From Patescibacteria group bacterium (GTDB taxonomy: Bacteria > Patescibacteriota > Minisyncoccia > Phycocordibacterales > PALSA-1337), in contig JAZKJN010000010.1 of NCBI GenBank assembly GCA_040384285.1, positions 11,995 through 75,994 of the forward strand: DNA of 64,000 nucleotides, in the 5' to 3' direction. This document shows, piece after piece, positions 55,277-64,000 of this stretch. The first letter of the stretch is position 1. Each line of letters opens with the position of its first letter. The notes below the pieces were generated by a model. That model ran no database searches. It was not told where the DNA came from and worked only from the letters and a program-made list of their open reading frames with translations. A program made the position numbers and the translations under genes.

Positions 55277-55923
55277 AAGTCCTCTACGAAGACAACCACC
55301 TGATCGCGGTCTACAAACCAGCGGGTATTCTCGTGCAAGGGGACAAGTCAGGCGATATCTCACTTCTCGATGAAGTACGGACGTATATAAAGAAAACCTA
55401 TAACAAACCTGGTAATGTATTTGTCGGTCTTGTGCATAGACTGGATCGAAACGTCGACGGAATTGTTCTTTTTGCGAAGACATCAAAAGGTGCGTCTAGA
55501 ATCAGTGAGCAGATTCGCGAGCATACCGTAAAGAAAACATATCACGCATGGGTGCATGGAACTCCGAAAAGTACTCAAGCAACCCTCGTCCATTTCCTCC
55601 TACACAACGAATCAAACAACCTCTCAGAAATTTTTGATACAGAAAAAGCAAACTCGCAAAAAGCAGAACTTTCATATGAGCTCATAAAAACTGAAGGAGA
55701 TTTTTCTCTACTCAAGATAAATCTCAAGACAGGACGACATCACCAGATTCGAGCCCAGCTTTCATACATAGATCATCCGATCGTGGGGGATATAAAGTAT
55801 GGATCAAAGATAGAATTGCCTGACAAAAAGATTGCTCTCACCGCTACATCACTCTCTTTTAAAACCGCTACAGGAGATCTGCAAAAAGAGATTAGTCTAG
55901 AAGAGCCTCAGAAAACGTGGTAG
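55264..55923 (+). CDS. RluA-family pseudouridine synthase (second copy)
   Basis: MEPIKVLYEDNHLIAVYKPAGILVQ... with the catalytic motif HRLDRNVDGIVLFAKT. Confidence 0.8.
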   Translation: MEPIKVLYEDNHLIAVYKPAGILVQGDKSGDISLLDEVRTYIKKTYNKPGNVFVGLVHRLDRNVDGIVLFAKTSKGASRISEQIREHTVKKTYHAWVHGTPKSTQATLVHFLLHNESNNLSEIFDTEKANSQKAELSYELIKTEGDFSLLKINLKTGRHHQIRAQLSYIDHPIVGDIKYGSKIELPDKKIALTATSLSFKTATGDLQKEISLEEPQKTW

Positions 55924-55932
55924 TGTAGAACG

Positions 55933-56733
55933 ATGCAACTCATCGATGGACGCCTTGCAAAGGCCCACTATCTCGCACCACTTCTTGAAAGAGTAAAAGC
56001 TCTTCCGTATATTCCGTGTCTCGTCATCATCCAGGTCGGCACTCGTCCCGACTCTGACGTCTACATCCGTGCAAAAAAACTCATGGCACAAAAGATCGGT
56101 GTAAAAGAAATCCATCTTGAGCTTCCGGAATCTGTTACTCAAGAAGAGATCATCTCACTTGTAGAAAAATATAACAAAGACGAAACCGTTCAAGGCTTGA
56201 TTGTTCAATTGCCGGTTCCCGCACATCTCGATTCAAAAGCTATCATCGAAGCCATCGATACAAACAAAGAAGTCGATGGATATAAAGGAGCTTTGATCCC
56301 TGCCACTGCCCGTGGAGTCAGGGAATTGCTTGATTTCTACAATATCGATCTCTCGGGAAAAAAAGTCACGATGGTGGGAAGTTCAGAGCTTGTGGGAAAG
56401 CCGATCGCAACCATGGCAGAGAAAGCTGGTGCGATAGTAGCTCTCTGTAACAGCAAAACTGCTGATCTCAAATCCTCAACACTCGATGCCGATATTCTAA
56501 TCATCGCAATTGGTAAGCCATATTTCATTACGCGTGAGTACACTCATGAAAAACAAATCGTCATAGATGTTGGCATTACTCGTACTGAAAATGGTAGAGT
56601 GGTGGGAGATGTAGATTTCGAGAATGTTGCAGAGCATGTAGCAATGATTACGCCCGTTCCGGGAGGAGTGGGACAGATGACAGTGCTCGCACTTTTTGAA
56701 AATCTCATCGACGCATGCTACAGTAACGAATAA
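55933..56733 (+). CDS. folD: bifunctional methylenetetrahydrofolate dehydrogenase/cyclohydrolase
   Basis: LIVQLPVPAHL and ITPVPGGVGQMT motifs. 266 aa. Confidence 0.9.
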   Translation: MQLIDGRLAKAHYLAPLLERVKALPYIPCLVIIQVGTRPDSDVYIRAKKLMAQKIGVKEIHLELPESVTQEEIISLVEKYNKDETVQGLIVQLPVPAHLDSKAIIEAIDTNKEVDGYKGALIPATARGVRELLDFYNIDLSGKKVTMVGSSELVGKPIATMAEKAGAIVALCNSKTADLKSSTLDADILIIAIGKPYFITREYTHEKQIVIDVGITRTENGRVVGDVDFENVAEHVAMITPVPGGVGQMTVLALFENLIDACYSNE

Positions 56734-56761
56734 GGATTACTAGATAATTTAAATTTAAAAA

Positions 56762-57553
56762 ATGAATAATAATAAAGAACAGTTGTGGAGTGTGGGAAAG
56801 TGGGCGGGAGTTCTTCTCGTGATCTTTCTTGCCGTGGTATCTATTAAAGAATTTGTCTCTATTAAATACGTCGGAAAGCCAGATCAGTATATGAATACGA
56901 TCTCAGTCAATGGAAAGGGGGAAGCTATTAGTATTCCTGACATTGCAACATTTTCTTTTAGTGTAACTGAGACAGCAAAGACTGTTGCGGAAGCTCAGAC
57001 AAAGGCAACAGAAAAGACAAGTGCAGCTCTTGTGGCAATAAAGGCCGGAGGAGTGGAGGAAAAGGATATCAAAACTCTCTCATATTCTATCAATCCTGAT
57101 TATGAATATACCTCAGGAATCTGTACTCCATACCAGTGCGGACCAAGCAAGCAAACACTCAAGGGATATGTCGTAAGCCAGACCATCGAAGTAAAGGTGC
57201 GGGACCTTTCAAAGGCCGGAGCACTCTTTGAAACTATCGGTGCAGCAGGAGTTCAAAATGTAAACGGACTCGCAGTCTCAATTGATGAGATCGAATCAGT
57301 GAAGGCTGTCGCTCGAGCAGAGGCTATTGCTGATGCAAAGACAAAGGCAGAAAAGATCGCAAAGGATCTCGGAGTGCGCCTTGTACGTATCACAAGCTTC
57401 TATGATCAAAGCGACAACGGACCATATTACGATGGCCGCGCAATGAACGAAAGTATGTCAGTCTCTGCAGTAAAGGCACAGGTAGCGCCCGAGATCCCAA
57501 CAGGGGAGCAGAAGATCACTTCAAACGTCACAATTACCTACGAAATCCGGTAA
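56762..57553 (+). CDS. SIMPL-domain (DUF541) protein
   Basis: N-terminal TM, then a SIMPL-like core (ISVNGKGEA...DIATFSFSVTETAKT..., ...ARAEAIADAKTKAEKIAKDLGV...). Confidence 0.7.
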   Translation: MNNNKEQLWSVGKWAGVLLVIFLAVVSIKEFVSIKYVGKPDQYMNTISVNGKGEAISIPDIATFSFSVTETAKTVAEAQTKATEKTSAALVAIKAGGVEEKDIKTLSYSINPDYEYTSGICTPYQCGPSKQTLKGYVVSQTIEVKVRDLSKAGALFETIGAAGVQNVNGLAVSIDEIESVKAVARAEAIADAKTKAEKIAKDLGVRLVRITSFYDQSDNGPYYDGRAMNESMSVSAVKAQVAPEIPTGEQKITSNVTITYEIR

Positions 57554-57583
57554 AACAGTCTAATTTGACTTAATCAAGAGAAA

Positions 57584-57612
57584 GGGGTAGTATTAGATTA
57601 CTATCCCTTTTT
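57584..57612 (+). terminator. rho-independent terminator after the SIMPL gene
   Basis: 9-bp stem GGGGTAGTA/TACTATCCC with one G-U pair, loop TTAGAT, then TTTTT. Confidence 0.4.
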
Positions 57613-57654
57613 CGCCGGGATTTTTTAATAAAAAAACGCGAAATATCGAACAGC

Positions 57655-57831
57655 ATGAAACTCACTGAATACATCAAAGATACACGAGCAGAGATGGCAC
57701 ATGTCACATGGCCTTCACGAAACCTAGCTATTTCATATAGCATCATGGTCGTGGTCATCTCCCTCCTTACCGCACTCCTCCTCGCGCTTTTCGATCATAT
57801 TTTTGCAACACTCCTTACTCTCTTTATCTAA
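57655..57831 (+). CDS. secE: preprotein translocase subunit SecE
   Basis: Hand translation gives MKLTEYIKDTRAEMAHVTWPSRNLAISYSIMVVVISLLTALLLALFDHIFATLLTLFI (58 aa), with the SecE motif E.R.EM.KV.WPSR and a single TM. It lies immediately upstream of nusG and is absent from the ORF track. Confidence 0.8.
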   Translation: MKLTEYIKDTRAEMAHVTWPSRNLAISYSIMVVVISLLTALLLALFDHIFATLLTLFI

Positions 57832-57849
57832 TCTTTAACTTTAATCTCA

Positions 57850-58395
57850 ATGTCAAAACAGCAAGTTGGTGGACAAAGAAACTGGTACGCGATCCATACC
57901 TACGCAGGATATGAGAACGCTGTAGCACGTAACCTCAAACAGCGTATCGAGTCTTTGGGAATGGAAGACCGTATTTTCAACGTTCTTGTTCCAACTGAAA
58001 AGAAGATCAAGATCAAGGGAGGAAAGCGAGTAGAAGAGGAAGAGAAAATCTATCCTGGATACGTACTCGTAGACATGACCGTAACAGATGACTCATGGTA
58101 TGTAGTGCGAAACACCCCTCGAGTGACAGGATTCGTAGGATCTGGAGTCTATCCAGTGCCTCTCGAAAAGAAGGAAGTTGATATGCTTTTTGCTCGAATG
58201 GATAAGTCTGAAGTTAAACACACTATCGATCTTGCTCCAGAAGATGTCGTAAAGATCACTGATGGTCCGTTCAAGGATCTCGAAGGAAAGGTGAGTGAGG
58301 TAGACGACAGTCGAGGAAAGATCAAGGTTCTGGTCTCAATGTTTGGTCGCGAAACTCCCGTTGAGCTCGATTTCTTGCAAGTTAAGAAGATATAA
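57850..58395 (+). CDS. nusG: transcription termination/antitermination factor NusG
   Basis: NGN domain ([15 protein letters not shown]...) plus a C-terminal KOW motif (...[20 protein letters not shown]..). Confidence 0.9.
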   Translation: MSKQQVGGQRNWYAIHTYAGYENAVARNLKQRIESLGMEDRIFNVLVPTEKKIKIKGGKRVEEEEKIYPGYVLVDMTVTDDSWYVVRNTPRVTGFVGSGVYPVPLEKKEVDMLFARMDKSEVKHTIDLAPEDVVKITDGPFKDLEGKVSEVDDSRGKIKVLVSMFGRETPVELDFLQVKKI

Positions 58396-58418
58396 GGTAA
58401 TCTAACTCAACAATCATT

Positions 58419-58841
58419 ATGGCTAAGAAAATCATCAAAAAAGTAAAAGTTTCAGCTCCAGCGGGTAAGGCTACTCCTGCGCCTCCACTTGGTCCTACTT
58501 TGGGACAGGCTGGGGTTAACATCGGAGATTTCACAAAGAAATTCAATGAGGCTACAAAGAATATGATGGGCGATATCGTTCCTGTAGTTATCACAGTCTA
58601 CGAAGATCGAACATATGACTTTGTTCTAAAGACTCCTCCCGCATCATCTCTTATCTTGAAAGCAGTTGGTATTGAAAAGGGAGCTGGAAAGCATGCTCAA
58701 AAGCGAGCAGGTACTATCACAAAGGCTCAGGTACGAGCAATTGCTGAAAAGAAAATGCCAGACCTCAATGCAAACACAATCGAGGCAGCAATGAAGATCA
58801 TCGAAGGATCATGCCGATCACTCGGAGTGGATGTAAAATAA
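58419..58841 (+). CDS. rplK: 50S ribosomal protein L11
   Basis: ...[35 protein letters not shown]... is the canonical L11 sequence. Confidence 0.9.
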   Translation: MAKKIIKKVKVSAPAGKATPAPPLGPTLGQAGVNIGDFTKKFNEATKNMMGDIVPVVITVYEDRTYDFVLKTPPASSLILKAVGIEKGAGKHAQKRAGTITKAQVRAIAEKKMPDLNANTIEAAMKIIEGSCRSLGVDVK

Positions 58842-58866
58842 TCTCAATTTAAATTAAAACAAAAAG

Positions 58867-58886
58867 TCCCCGAGAGGGGATTTTTT
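58867..58886 (+). terminator. rho-independent terminator after rplK
   Basis: TCCCC-GAGA-GGGGA hairpin followed by TTTTTT. Confidence 0.5.
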
Positions 58887-59042
58887 GTTGCCCTTGACTT
58901 GCATAATAATATAGGTACTATCTTGAATAGATTTATTAAAAATATTTGCATTCGCCCTAGCAGAAAACGGCTTATATATAGGCTTTTCTCCGCTGTGGCG
59001 AAGAGTCCAGCAAGCAATAATGTATAAAAAGGAACAGCTACC

Positions 59043-59702
59043 ATGAGTAGTACAGCCTCAAAAAATACAGAAGTCCCCGGATGGTACATCGAATTCTTAT
59101 CTGCTCTGGTGCGACAAGCGCCACGACCAGGAGAATTGAGTAGGAATACGGCTCAGTCTTGGGTGATTAATCAGGAACGTCTTAAGAGTGTCCTGAGGGA
59201 CAGGCTATGCGATCACAATGATCTCACTCCCAAAATACCACGAACTGTCACACCAAAAGTGAAGATTGATCCCATTGTTCGGGTAGATCGTTCTGTGCGT
59301 CCTTCGTATCCAGACTGGGCGGAAGAAGTTATCCATCTGGATTTGGAAACTCTAGGGTCTACAGAGTATGAAATCTCGGCCGTTGAGCAGTGGTTCCATG
59401 ACGGCCAGAAGGATGAAAAATGGATTGGGGGAGACAAGATTTACCACTATCTCAAAAAGACCGGCACCCTCAAGACTTGCCTCGGATTGCGTGACTTGGA
59501 AGAAATCCAAAAGAAAGGCCTAGCCTTTTTCAGGAAATACTTTGATGGTAAGACGGTCTATGCGTGGAAAGGCATCGTGCGACGTCTTCCTAATCATCTT
59601 CATATTCCATGTCTCCATGAGCGCGACGGTGTAGTGTTCATTAGTTGGAACTATATTGGCGATGTTTGGAATGACGAAGATCCAGCTCTCCGTTTCCTTT
59701 AG
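59043..59702 (+). CDS. hypothetical protein (219 aa), GC-rich, located where rplA would be expected
   Basis: No family recognised. GC is ~50%. A bidirectional terminator follows at 59735-59766 (10-bp stem with a GAAA loop). Confidence 0.45.
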   Translation: MSSTASKNTEVPGWYIEFLSALVRQAPRPGELSRNTAQSWVINQERLKSVLRDRLCDHNDLTPKIPRTVTPKVKIDPIVRVDRSVRPSYPDWAEEVIHLDLETLGSTEYEISAVEQWFHDGQKDEKWIGGDKIYHYLKKTGTLKTCLGLRDLEEIQKKGLAFFRKYFDGKTVYAWKGIVRRLPNHLHIPCLHERDGVVFISWNYIGDVWNDEDPALRFL

Positions 59703-59773
59703 TACTCCAGAACTTTAGATACTATGAGTATTCAAACCTTGTGCGAAAGTACGAGGTTCTTTTATTACCTAAA

Positions 59774-60295
59774 TCATTCCACCATCTTTGCCACTCCACT
59801 GTAATCAACTTTGTATTCGAGCAATAGGGAACCACTTGCCTCTGATGTAACTGCGCTTACGAGTTTGAGATGAAAGAGCAGGTCGTTGTTGAAGAGGGTA
59901 ACACCTTTTCCAAACATGACAGGCTCGATAGTGAGATAGACTGTTTCTACGACCTGAGCTTTCATAAACATCGTGTAGATATTTGAACCTCCACAAATTG
60001 CTATTTCTTTGAAGCCACGTGCCTCGAGTTTTGTAATAAGGTCGCGGGGATTGTCTTGTGTGGTCTCTACACCTTCAAATGTCTGTGTCTTTGAATAGAC
60101 AATAGTCGTACGCTCTTTGAGCGGTTTACCAATTGTTTTATATGTTTTAGAACCCATGACCACGACTCCAGCTTTCTTTGTAAGTTCTACAAAGCGCTTC
60201 TTGTCGGCCTTGCTGGTCCACATCATAGGGCTATGCTGGTCGTCCTTTGCGAGGAAACCATCTGCTGAAACAGCTGCAATAAGGAAGATTTTCAT
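59774..60295 (-). CDS. folA: dihydrofolate reductase
   Basis: MKIFLIAAVSADGFLAKDD...VVMGSKTYKTIGKPLKERTTIV... matches the DHFR pattern. Confidence 0.75.
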   Translation of the reverse strand: MKIFLIAAVSADGFLAKDDQHSPMMWTSKADKKRFVELTKKAGVVVMGSKTYKTIGKPLKERTTIVYSKTQTFEGVETTQDNPRDLITKLEARGFKEIAICGGSNIYTMFMKAQVVETVYLTIEPVMFGKGVTLFNNDLLFHLKLVSAVTSEASGSLLLEYKVDYSGVAKMVE

Positions 60296-60384
60296 GGAGA
60301 TTACTATAGGAAATTAGTTTTAGGGCTTTGTCACCTTTTATTTTATCACCCACGCGCTATACTACAAGTACTAACTATCCCGCC

Positions 60385-61062
60385 ATGTCTCACACCTACG
60401 AAGTCGAAATAAAATCACTCCTCGGTTCAAAAGAAAATGCGAATGCTCTTGTTGCTCATCTTAAAAAGCATGATCCAAAACTTTCTGTTTCTGCTCACGA
60501 AAAACAATTGAACCACTACTTCACTGTCCCAGCGGGAGTGGATCTCGGAAAAGCTCTCACACATTTGATCCCCGCAGAGAAAAAAGAAATCTTTGATCGA
60601 GTAGTGCTCGAAGGAAAGAAACCATCAGTGCGCACACGAGAGGCAAATGGTACCGTGATCCTCATCATCAAAGCGTCAGTAGGGGATGACTCAAGTTCAA
60701 ATGGTGTGAAGCGTATCGAGTTTGAATCAGAAGTTCCTACAACACTCGAAAAACTTGACCAAGCACTTCTCGGAGCAGGACTCACATATCAGGCAAAGTG
60801 GTCTCGGGAACGCGATCAATACACAAGTGGGGATATGAATGTTTGTATCGACAAAAACGCAGGCTACGGATACCTCGCAGAATTTGAAAAAATGTCCACC
60901 GACGAATCAGCTCTCGAGGCAACAAAAAAAGATTTGCTTGCCTTCATGGCATCTGTAGGGGCTCTCGAACTTCCTCAAGATCGACTTGAGCGAATGTTTG
61001 CCCACTACAATGCTCACTGGTCCGAGTATTATGGGACGGAGAAAGTTTTTAATATAGAATAA
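60385..61062 (+). CDS. CYTH-domain protein (CyaB/class IV adenylate cyclase - triphosphatase fold)
   Basis: YEVEIKSLL start (the ExExK motif), basic residues in the RTREANGTVILIIK segment, and an acidic C-terminal motif DKNAGYGYLAEFEKM. The internal ATG at 60385 is preferred over the listed 60328. Confidence 0.55.
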   Translation: MSHTYEVEIKSLLGSKENANALVAHLKKHDPKLSVSAHEKQLNHYFTVPAGVDLGKALTHLIPAEKKEIFDRVVLEGKKPSVRTREANGTVILIIKASVGDDSSSNGVKRIEFESEVPTTLEKLDQALLGAGLTYQAKWSRERDQYTSGDMNVCIDKNAGYGYLAEFEKMSTDESALEATKKDLLAFMASVGALELPQDRLERMFAHYNAHWSEYYGTEKVFNIE

Positions 61063-61084
61063 TTTACAATTAATTTAAACCGCC

Positions 61085-61633
61085 ATGTTTCTATCAGATA
61101 CAGATATCAAGAAAGCACTCAAGGAAGGGAAGATTACAATAAAACCTTACACAGAAAAACAGCTCAATCCTGCAAGCTACGATGTTCTGCTTGGAAACGA
61201 GTTTGATGTAACGGATCGACACAAGACGTCTTCTATCGATCCTGCTCGCAAACTCTATCCCGTCACTCGTACGGTAAAGGTTGCAGATGGCGAAGCTTTT
61301 ATCCTCCATCCAGGAGAGAGTGTTCTTGGAAAGCAAAAGGAATTTATCGGTGTTGACCATGAGCACCTCATCCTTCTTTCTGGAAAGTCGAGCCTTGCTC
61401 GAGCAGGACTTGTGGTCCACAACACCGCCATGCTTTTCAATCCAGGGCACCACTTTTATCCCACTTTTGAGCTGGTAAATACCAACAACGTTCCTCTTAT
61501 CCTCCGCCCTGGCATGGAGATTGCTCAGCTCATCTTTGCACGACTTACTTCACCGACTGCTCAAGCCTATGAAAAAGTGGGGCGATACGGCAAGGAAAAC
61601 TCAAACCACTTCACTCCTAAGAAGAAAAAATAA
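61085..61633 (+). CDS. dcd: dCTP deaminase
   Basis: MFLSDTDIKKAL...NPASYDV.LG.. and ...SGKSSLARAGLVVHNTA... match Dcd. Confidence 0.85.
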   Translation: MFLSDTDIKKALKEGKITIKPYTEKQLNPASYDVLLGNEFDVTDRHKTSSIDPARKLYPVTRTVKVADGEAFILHPGESVLGKQKEFIGVDHEHLILLSGKSSLARAGLVVHNTAMLFNPGHHFYPTFELVNTNNVPLILRPGMEIAQLIFARLTSPTAQAYEKVGRYGKENSNHFTPKKKK

Positions 61634-61635
61634 TC

Positions 61636-61776
61636 ATGATTCTCCTCATTATTCAAATCTTTGTTGTCATGGCAGTCGCGCTCGTTTCTGCGATCTTTCA
61701 CCATGATTACTTCACCGCTGCATTTATCGTGCTCGCAGGAGTTTTGTTTAATGTGTATTTTAAGAACTATTACTAA
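61636..61776 (+). CDS. very small hydrophobic ORF (46 aa), uncertain
   Basis: MILLIIQIFVVMAVALVSAIFHHDYFTAAFIVLAGVLFNVYFKNYY. It fits between dcd and thyA with 2-bp and 5-bp spacings, which suggests coupling. It could be chance. Confidence 0.25.
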   Translation: MILLIIQIFVVMAVALVSAIFHHDYFTAAFIVLAGVLFNVYFKNYY

Positions 61777-61781
61777 ATCCT

Positions 61782-62840
61782 ATGGCAAAAAAAATACTCA
61801 AAAAAGCAGTAAAGAAGGGAAAGAAGACTAAGAAAATAGAACGCCACCAGGAGTATCAGTATCTGGATTTACTCAAAGATATTTTGGAGAATGGTACCGT
61901 AAAGCATGATCACAATACTGGCACAGGACTCACGAGTGTCTTTGGCCGACAGATGCGTTTTGACCTTTCAAAAGGGTTTCCTTTGCTTACGACTAAAAAA
62001 GTTCCTTGGAACAGCATCATGCACGAGCTCTATTGGTTTATGTCAGGACAGACAAATGTAAAATACCTTGTTGATAACAAAGTTCCAATCTGGAATGATT
62101 ACCCTTACAAAATTTACAAGAAAAAAGCAGACAAGGGAGAACTGCCACAGCTTACCCTCGAAGAGTTTGTAGAAAAAATGCGAGTGGACAATGCATTTGC
62201 AGAAGCGCATGGAGAATTACCAAAGATCTATGGAGAGCAATGGCGAGCATGGCCGGCAAGCGATGGAAGAAAGATCGATCAGCTTGCATGGGTGATCGAC
62301 ACACTCAAGAATTTTCCTGAGAGAAAGCACGCTGTTCTTTCAGCATGGAATCCTCAGTATCTCTACGCCATGGCAAAACCAGGGGAGGCCCTCGCATTTC
62401 CTCTCTGCCACATCCTTTTCCATTTCAATGTTTCAGGCAATAAACTTTCATGCCTCTTGTATCAGCGCAGTTGCGACATGTTTCTCGGTGTTCCTTTCAA
62501 CATCGCAAGTTACGCAGCTTTGACGATGATTGTCGCAAAGCTCGCAGGATATGAGCCAGGAGAATTTATCCATACCCTTGGTGACGCGCATATCTATCAT
62601 GACCATATTGATCAAGTAAAAGAGCAATTGAAGCGTGAACCAAAGAAATTCCCAAAGCTTGTTTTGAGTGACAGGATAAAAAATCTCGATACATTTCGAC
62701 CTGATATGGTGACACTTGAAAACTATGATCCACACACATTTTTGAAAGCAAAGATGACAGTAGCTGGAGGATTCAATGAGAAAGACCGCAAGAGTTTTAC
62801 TAAAAAGGGAACAAAACCTGCAGCTAAAAAGAAAAAATAA
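61782..62840 (+). CDS. thyA: thymidylate synthase (ThyA) with Lys-rich N- and C-terminal extensions
   Basis: Active-site Cys in AFPLCHILFHF, the ...DMFLGVPFNIASYAALTMIVA... segment, and HTLGDAHIYHDH. Confidence 0.9.
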   Translation: MAKKILKKAVKKGKKTKKIERHQEYQYLDLLKDILENGTVKHDHNTGTGLTSVFGRQMRFDLSKGFPLLTTKKVPWNSIMHELYWFMSGQTNVKYLVDNKVPIWNDYPYKIYKKKADKGELPQLTLEEFVEKMRVDNAFAEAHGELPKIYGEQWRAWPASDGRKIDQLAWVIDTLKNFPERKHAVLSAWNPQYLYAMAKPGEALAFPLCHILFHFNVSGNKLSCLLYQRSCDMFLGVPFNIASYAALTMIVAKLAGYEPGEFIHTLGDAHIYHDHIDQVKEQLKREPKKFPKLVLSDRIKNLDTFRPDMVTLENYDPHTFLKAKMTVAGGFNEKDRKSFTKKGTKPAAKKKK

Positions 62841-62844
62841 ACCT

Positions 62845-63999
62845 ATGAAAGACATACAGATCAAAAAACTTATAGAGGCAGAAAAGAAGCGACAGAAATC
62901 AGTTATCAATTTAATTGCATCAGAAAACATTGTTTCTAAAGACGTGCTCGAAGCTCTTGGCTCTGAACTTACCAACAAATACGCAGAAGGGTATCCAGGT
63001 CGGCGATATTATGGAGGTAATCAAGTTGTCGACAAGATAGAATCGATTGCAATCGATCGTGCACGCAAACTCTTTGGCCTCAAAGAAAATCTCTGGCATG
63101 TAAACACTCAGCCACTCTCAGGATCTCCCGCAAACCTCGCGGTATTTCTAGCTACCGTCCCACTCGGAGGTAAAATCATGGGTATGACACTTTCTCACGG
63201 AGGTCACCTCACGCACGGACATAAAGTCTCTATGACTGGCAAAGCCTGGGTGCAAGTTCCTTTTGGAGTTGATCCTCACACAGAGGTGATCGACTACGAA
63301 GAAGTAAAAAGAATTGCGGTGGCAGAAAAGCCAGCAATCATTGTCGCGGGATTTACTGCATATCCACGTGCAGTGGACTTTAAAAAATTCCGAGAGATCG
63401 CAGATCTTTGCGGGGCATTTCTCATGGTGGACATGTCGCACTTTGCAGGACTTGTCGCAGGTAAGGCATACGCATCTCCGTTTCTCTACGCAGATGTCGT
63501 GACAACAACAGTTCACAAAACTCTACGAGGTCCTCGCTCAGCTCTCATCTTTTCTCGTAACGACAAAACGATTCTCGATAGCAAGGGAAAGCAGCAGTCG
63601 ATTTCCGATCTCATCGATAAGGCAGTATTCCCGGGACTTCAGGGAGGTCCTCACTTGAATCAGATTGCAGCGGTCGCAGTCGCGCTCAAAGAAGCATCGA
63701 CTCCGGGCTTTAAAAAATATGCACAGCAGGTCAAGAAAAATGCAGTAGTGCTTGCGAGCGAACTTCAAAGACTCGGCTGGAAAATTATTTCAGGCGGTAC
63801 CGACTCACACCTCATTCTTATGGATGTCTGGATGGGTGGAAAGGGAATGTCAGGAGCCGAAGCTAGCGACAGACTCGAGAAGGCAGGAATCATTGTTAAC
63901 AAAAATACTGTTCCCGGAGAGACTCGAAGTGCTTTTGATCCATCAGGAATCCGACTCGGAACTGCAGCAGAAACAACTCGTGGAAAGAAGGAGAAAGAT
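62845..63999 (+). CDS. glyA: serine hydroxymethyltransferase (3' end truncated by the window)
   Basis: MKDIQIKKLIEAEKKRQKSVINLIASENIVSKDVLEALGSELTNKYAEGYPGRRYYGG... The frame stays open to the window end. The PLP-Lys region (...TTTVHKTLRGPR) is present. Confidence 0.9.
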   Translation, partial: MKDIQIKKLIEAEKKRQKSVINLIASENIVSKDVLEALGSELTNKYAEGYPGRRYYGGNQVVDKIESIAIDRARKLFGLKENLWHVNTQPLSGSPANLAVFLATVPLGGKIMGMTLSHGGHLTHGHKVSMTGKAWVQVPFGVDPHTEVIDYEEVKRIAVAEKPAIIVAGFTAYPRAVDFKKFREIADLCGAFLMVDMSHFAGLVAGKAYASPFLYADVVTTTVHKTLRGPRSALIFSRNDKTILDSKGKQQSISDLIDKAVFPGLQGGPHLNQIAAVAVALKEASTPGFKKYAQQVKKNAVVLASELQRLGWKIISGGTDSHLILMDVWMGGKGMSGAEASDRLEKAGIIVNKNTVPGETRSAFDPSGIRLGTAAETTRGKKEKD

Positions 64000-64000
64000 A

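Noticed and set aside
1-64000. CRISPR arrays, rRNA genes, intact IS elements or prophage
   Set aside because: I found no regularly spaced direct repeats, no rRNA-like conserved blocks, no transposase or integrase ORFs and no terminal inverted repeats flanking a cargo region when scanning both strands.

Overview
This 64 kb window reads as a chromosomal segment that spans the replication origin of a small-genome, AT-leaning bacterium (about 42% GC). I infer it is Patescibacteria/CPR-like. Almost no gene has a Shine-Dalgarno sequence. It carries the conserved origin block rpmH-rnpA-yidC (minus strand), dnaA-dnaN (plus strand), with DnaA-box clusters on both sides of dnaA. Housekeeping genes I recognise: PBP1A, tyrS, ruvC-yebC-ruvB, pilB (GspE-type pilus ATPase), folC, tsaE, polA, a holA-like gene, a prephenate-dehydratase-like gene, a SpoU methyltransferase, mutM, a MurNAc-L-Ala amidase, a Mur ligase, ruvA, rpsT, ruvX, a tRNA-binding protein, a DedA-family protein, pilM/N/O, a sensor histidine kinase, two RluA pseudouridine synthases, rplS, a 3-methyladenine glycosylase, two NUDIX proteins, a YbjQ-family protein, an MGMT-type alkyltransferase, DsbA+VKOR, a HlyD-like adaptor, an RlmI-like methyltransferase, folD, a SIMPL protein, secE-nusG-rplK, and a thymidylate/folate cluster (folA, a CYTH protein, dcd, thyA, partial glyA). 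I folded seven tRNAs by hand: Lys-TTT, Arg-GCG, Ser-TGA, Arg-TCT, Val-TAC, Leu-GAG and His-GTG (with G-1). Three small CDSs missing from the ORF track are recoverable: rpmH at 8729..8863 (minus), secE at 57655..57831, and a 58-aa acidic ORF at 15785..15961 (minus). The best candidates for something new are these. First, the first 7.6 kb is a compact type-IV-secretion-like module: PrgI/VirB3-like, a VirB4 ATPase split by a single in-frame TAA, a VirB2/TrbC-like pilin with a long coiled-coil tail, and secreted/membrane partners. It has no relaxase or coupling protein. Second, a sortase sits next to a repeat-rich surface protein ending in a non-canonical FPSTG sorting signal. Third, there are GC-rich islands (~50-55% GC): a lipoprotein, a small ORF with a perfect AGGAGGTG, a Gly-flanked secreted protein, and a gene sitting where rplA would be expected. 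Fourth, two ORF-free structured regions (27300..27880 and 18079..18411) are flanked by terminators or inverted repeats and are candidate ncRNAs. I found no CRISPR array, no rRNA and no intact mobile element.
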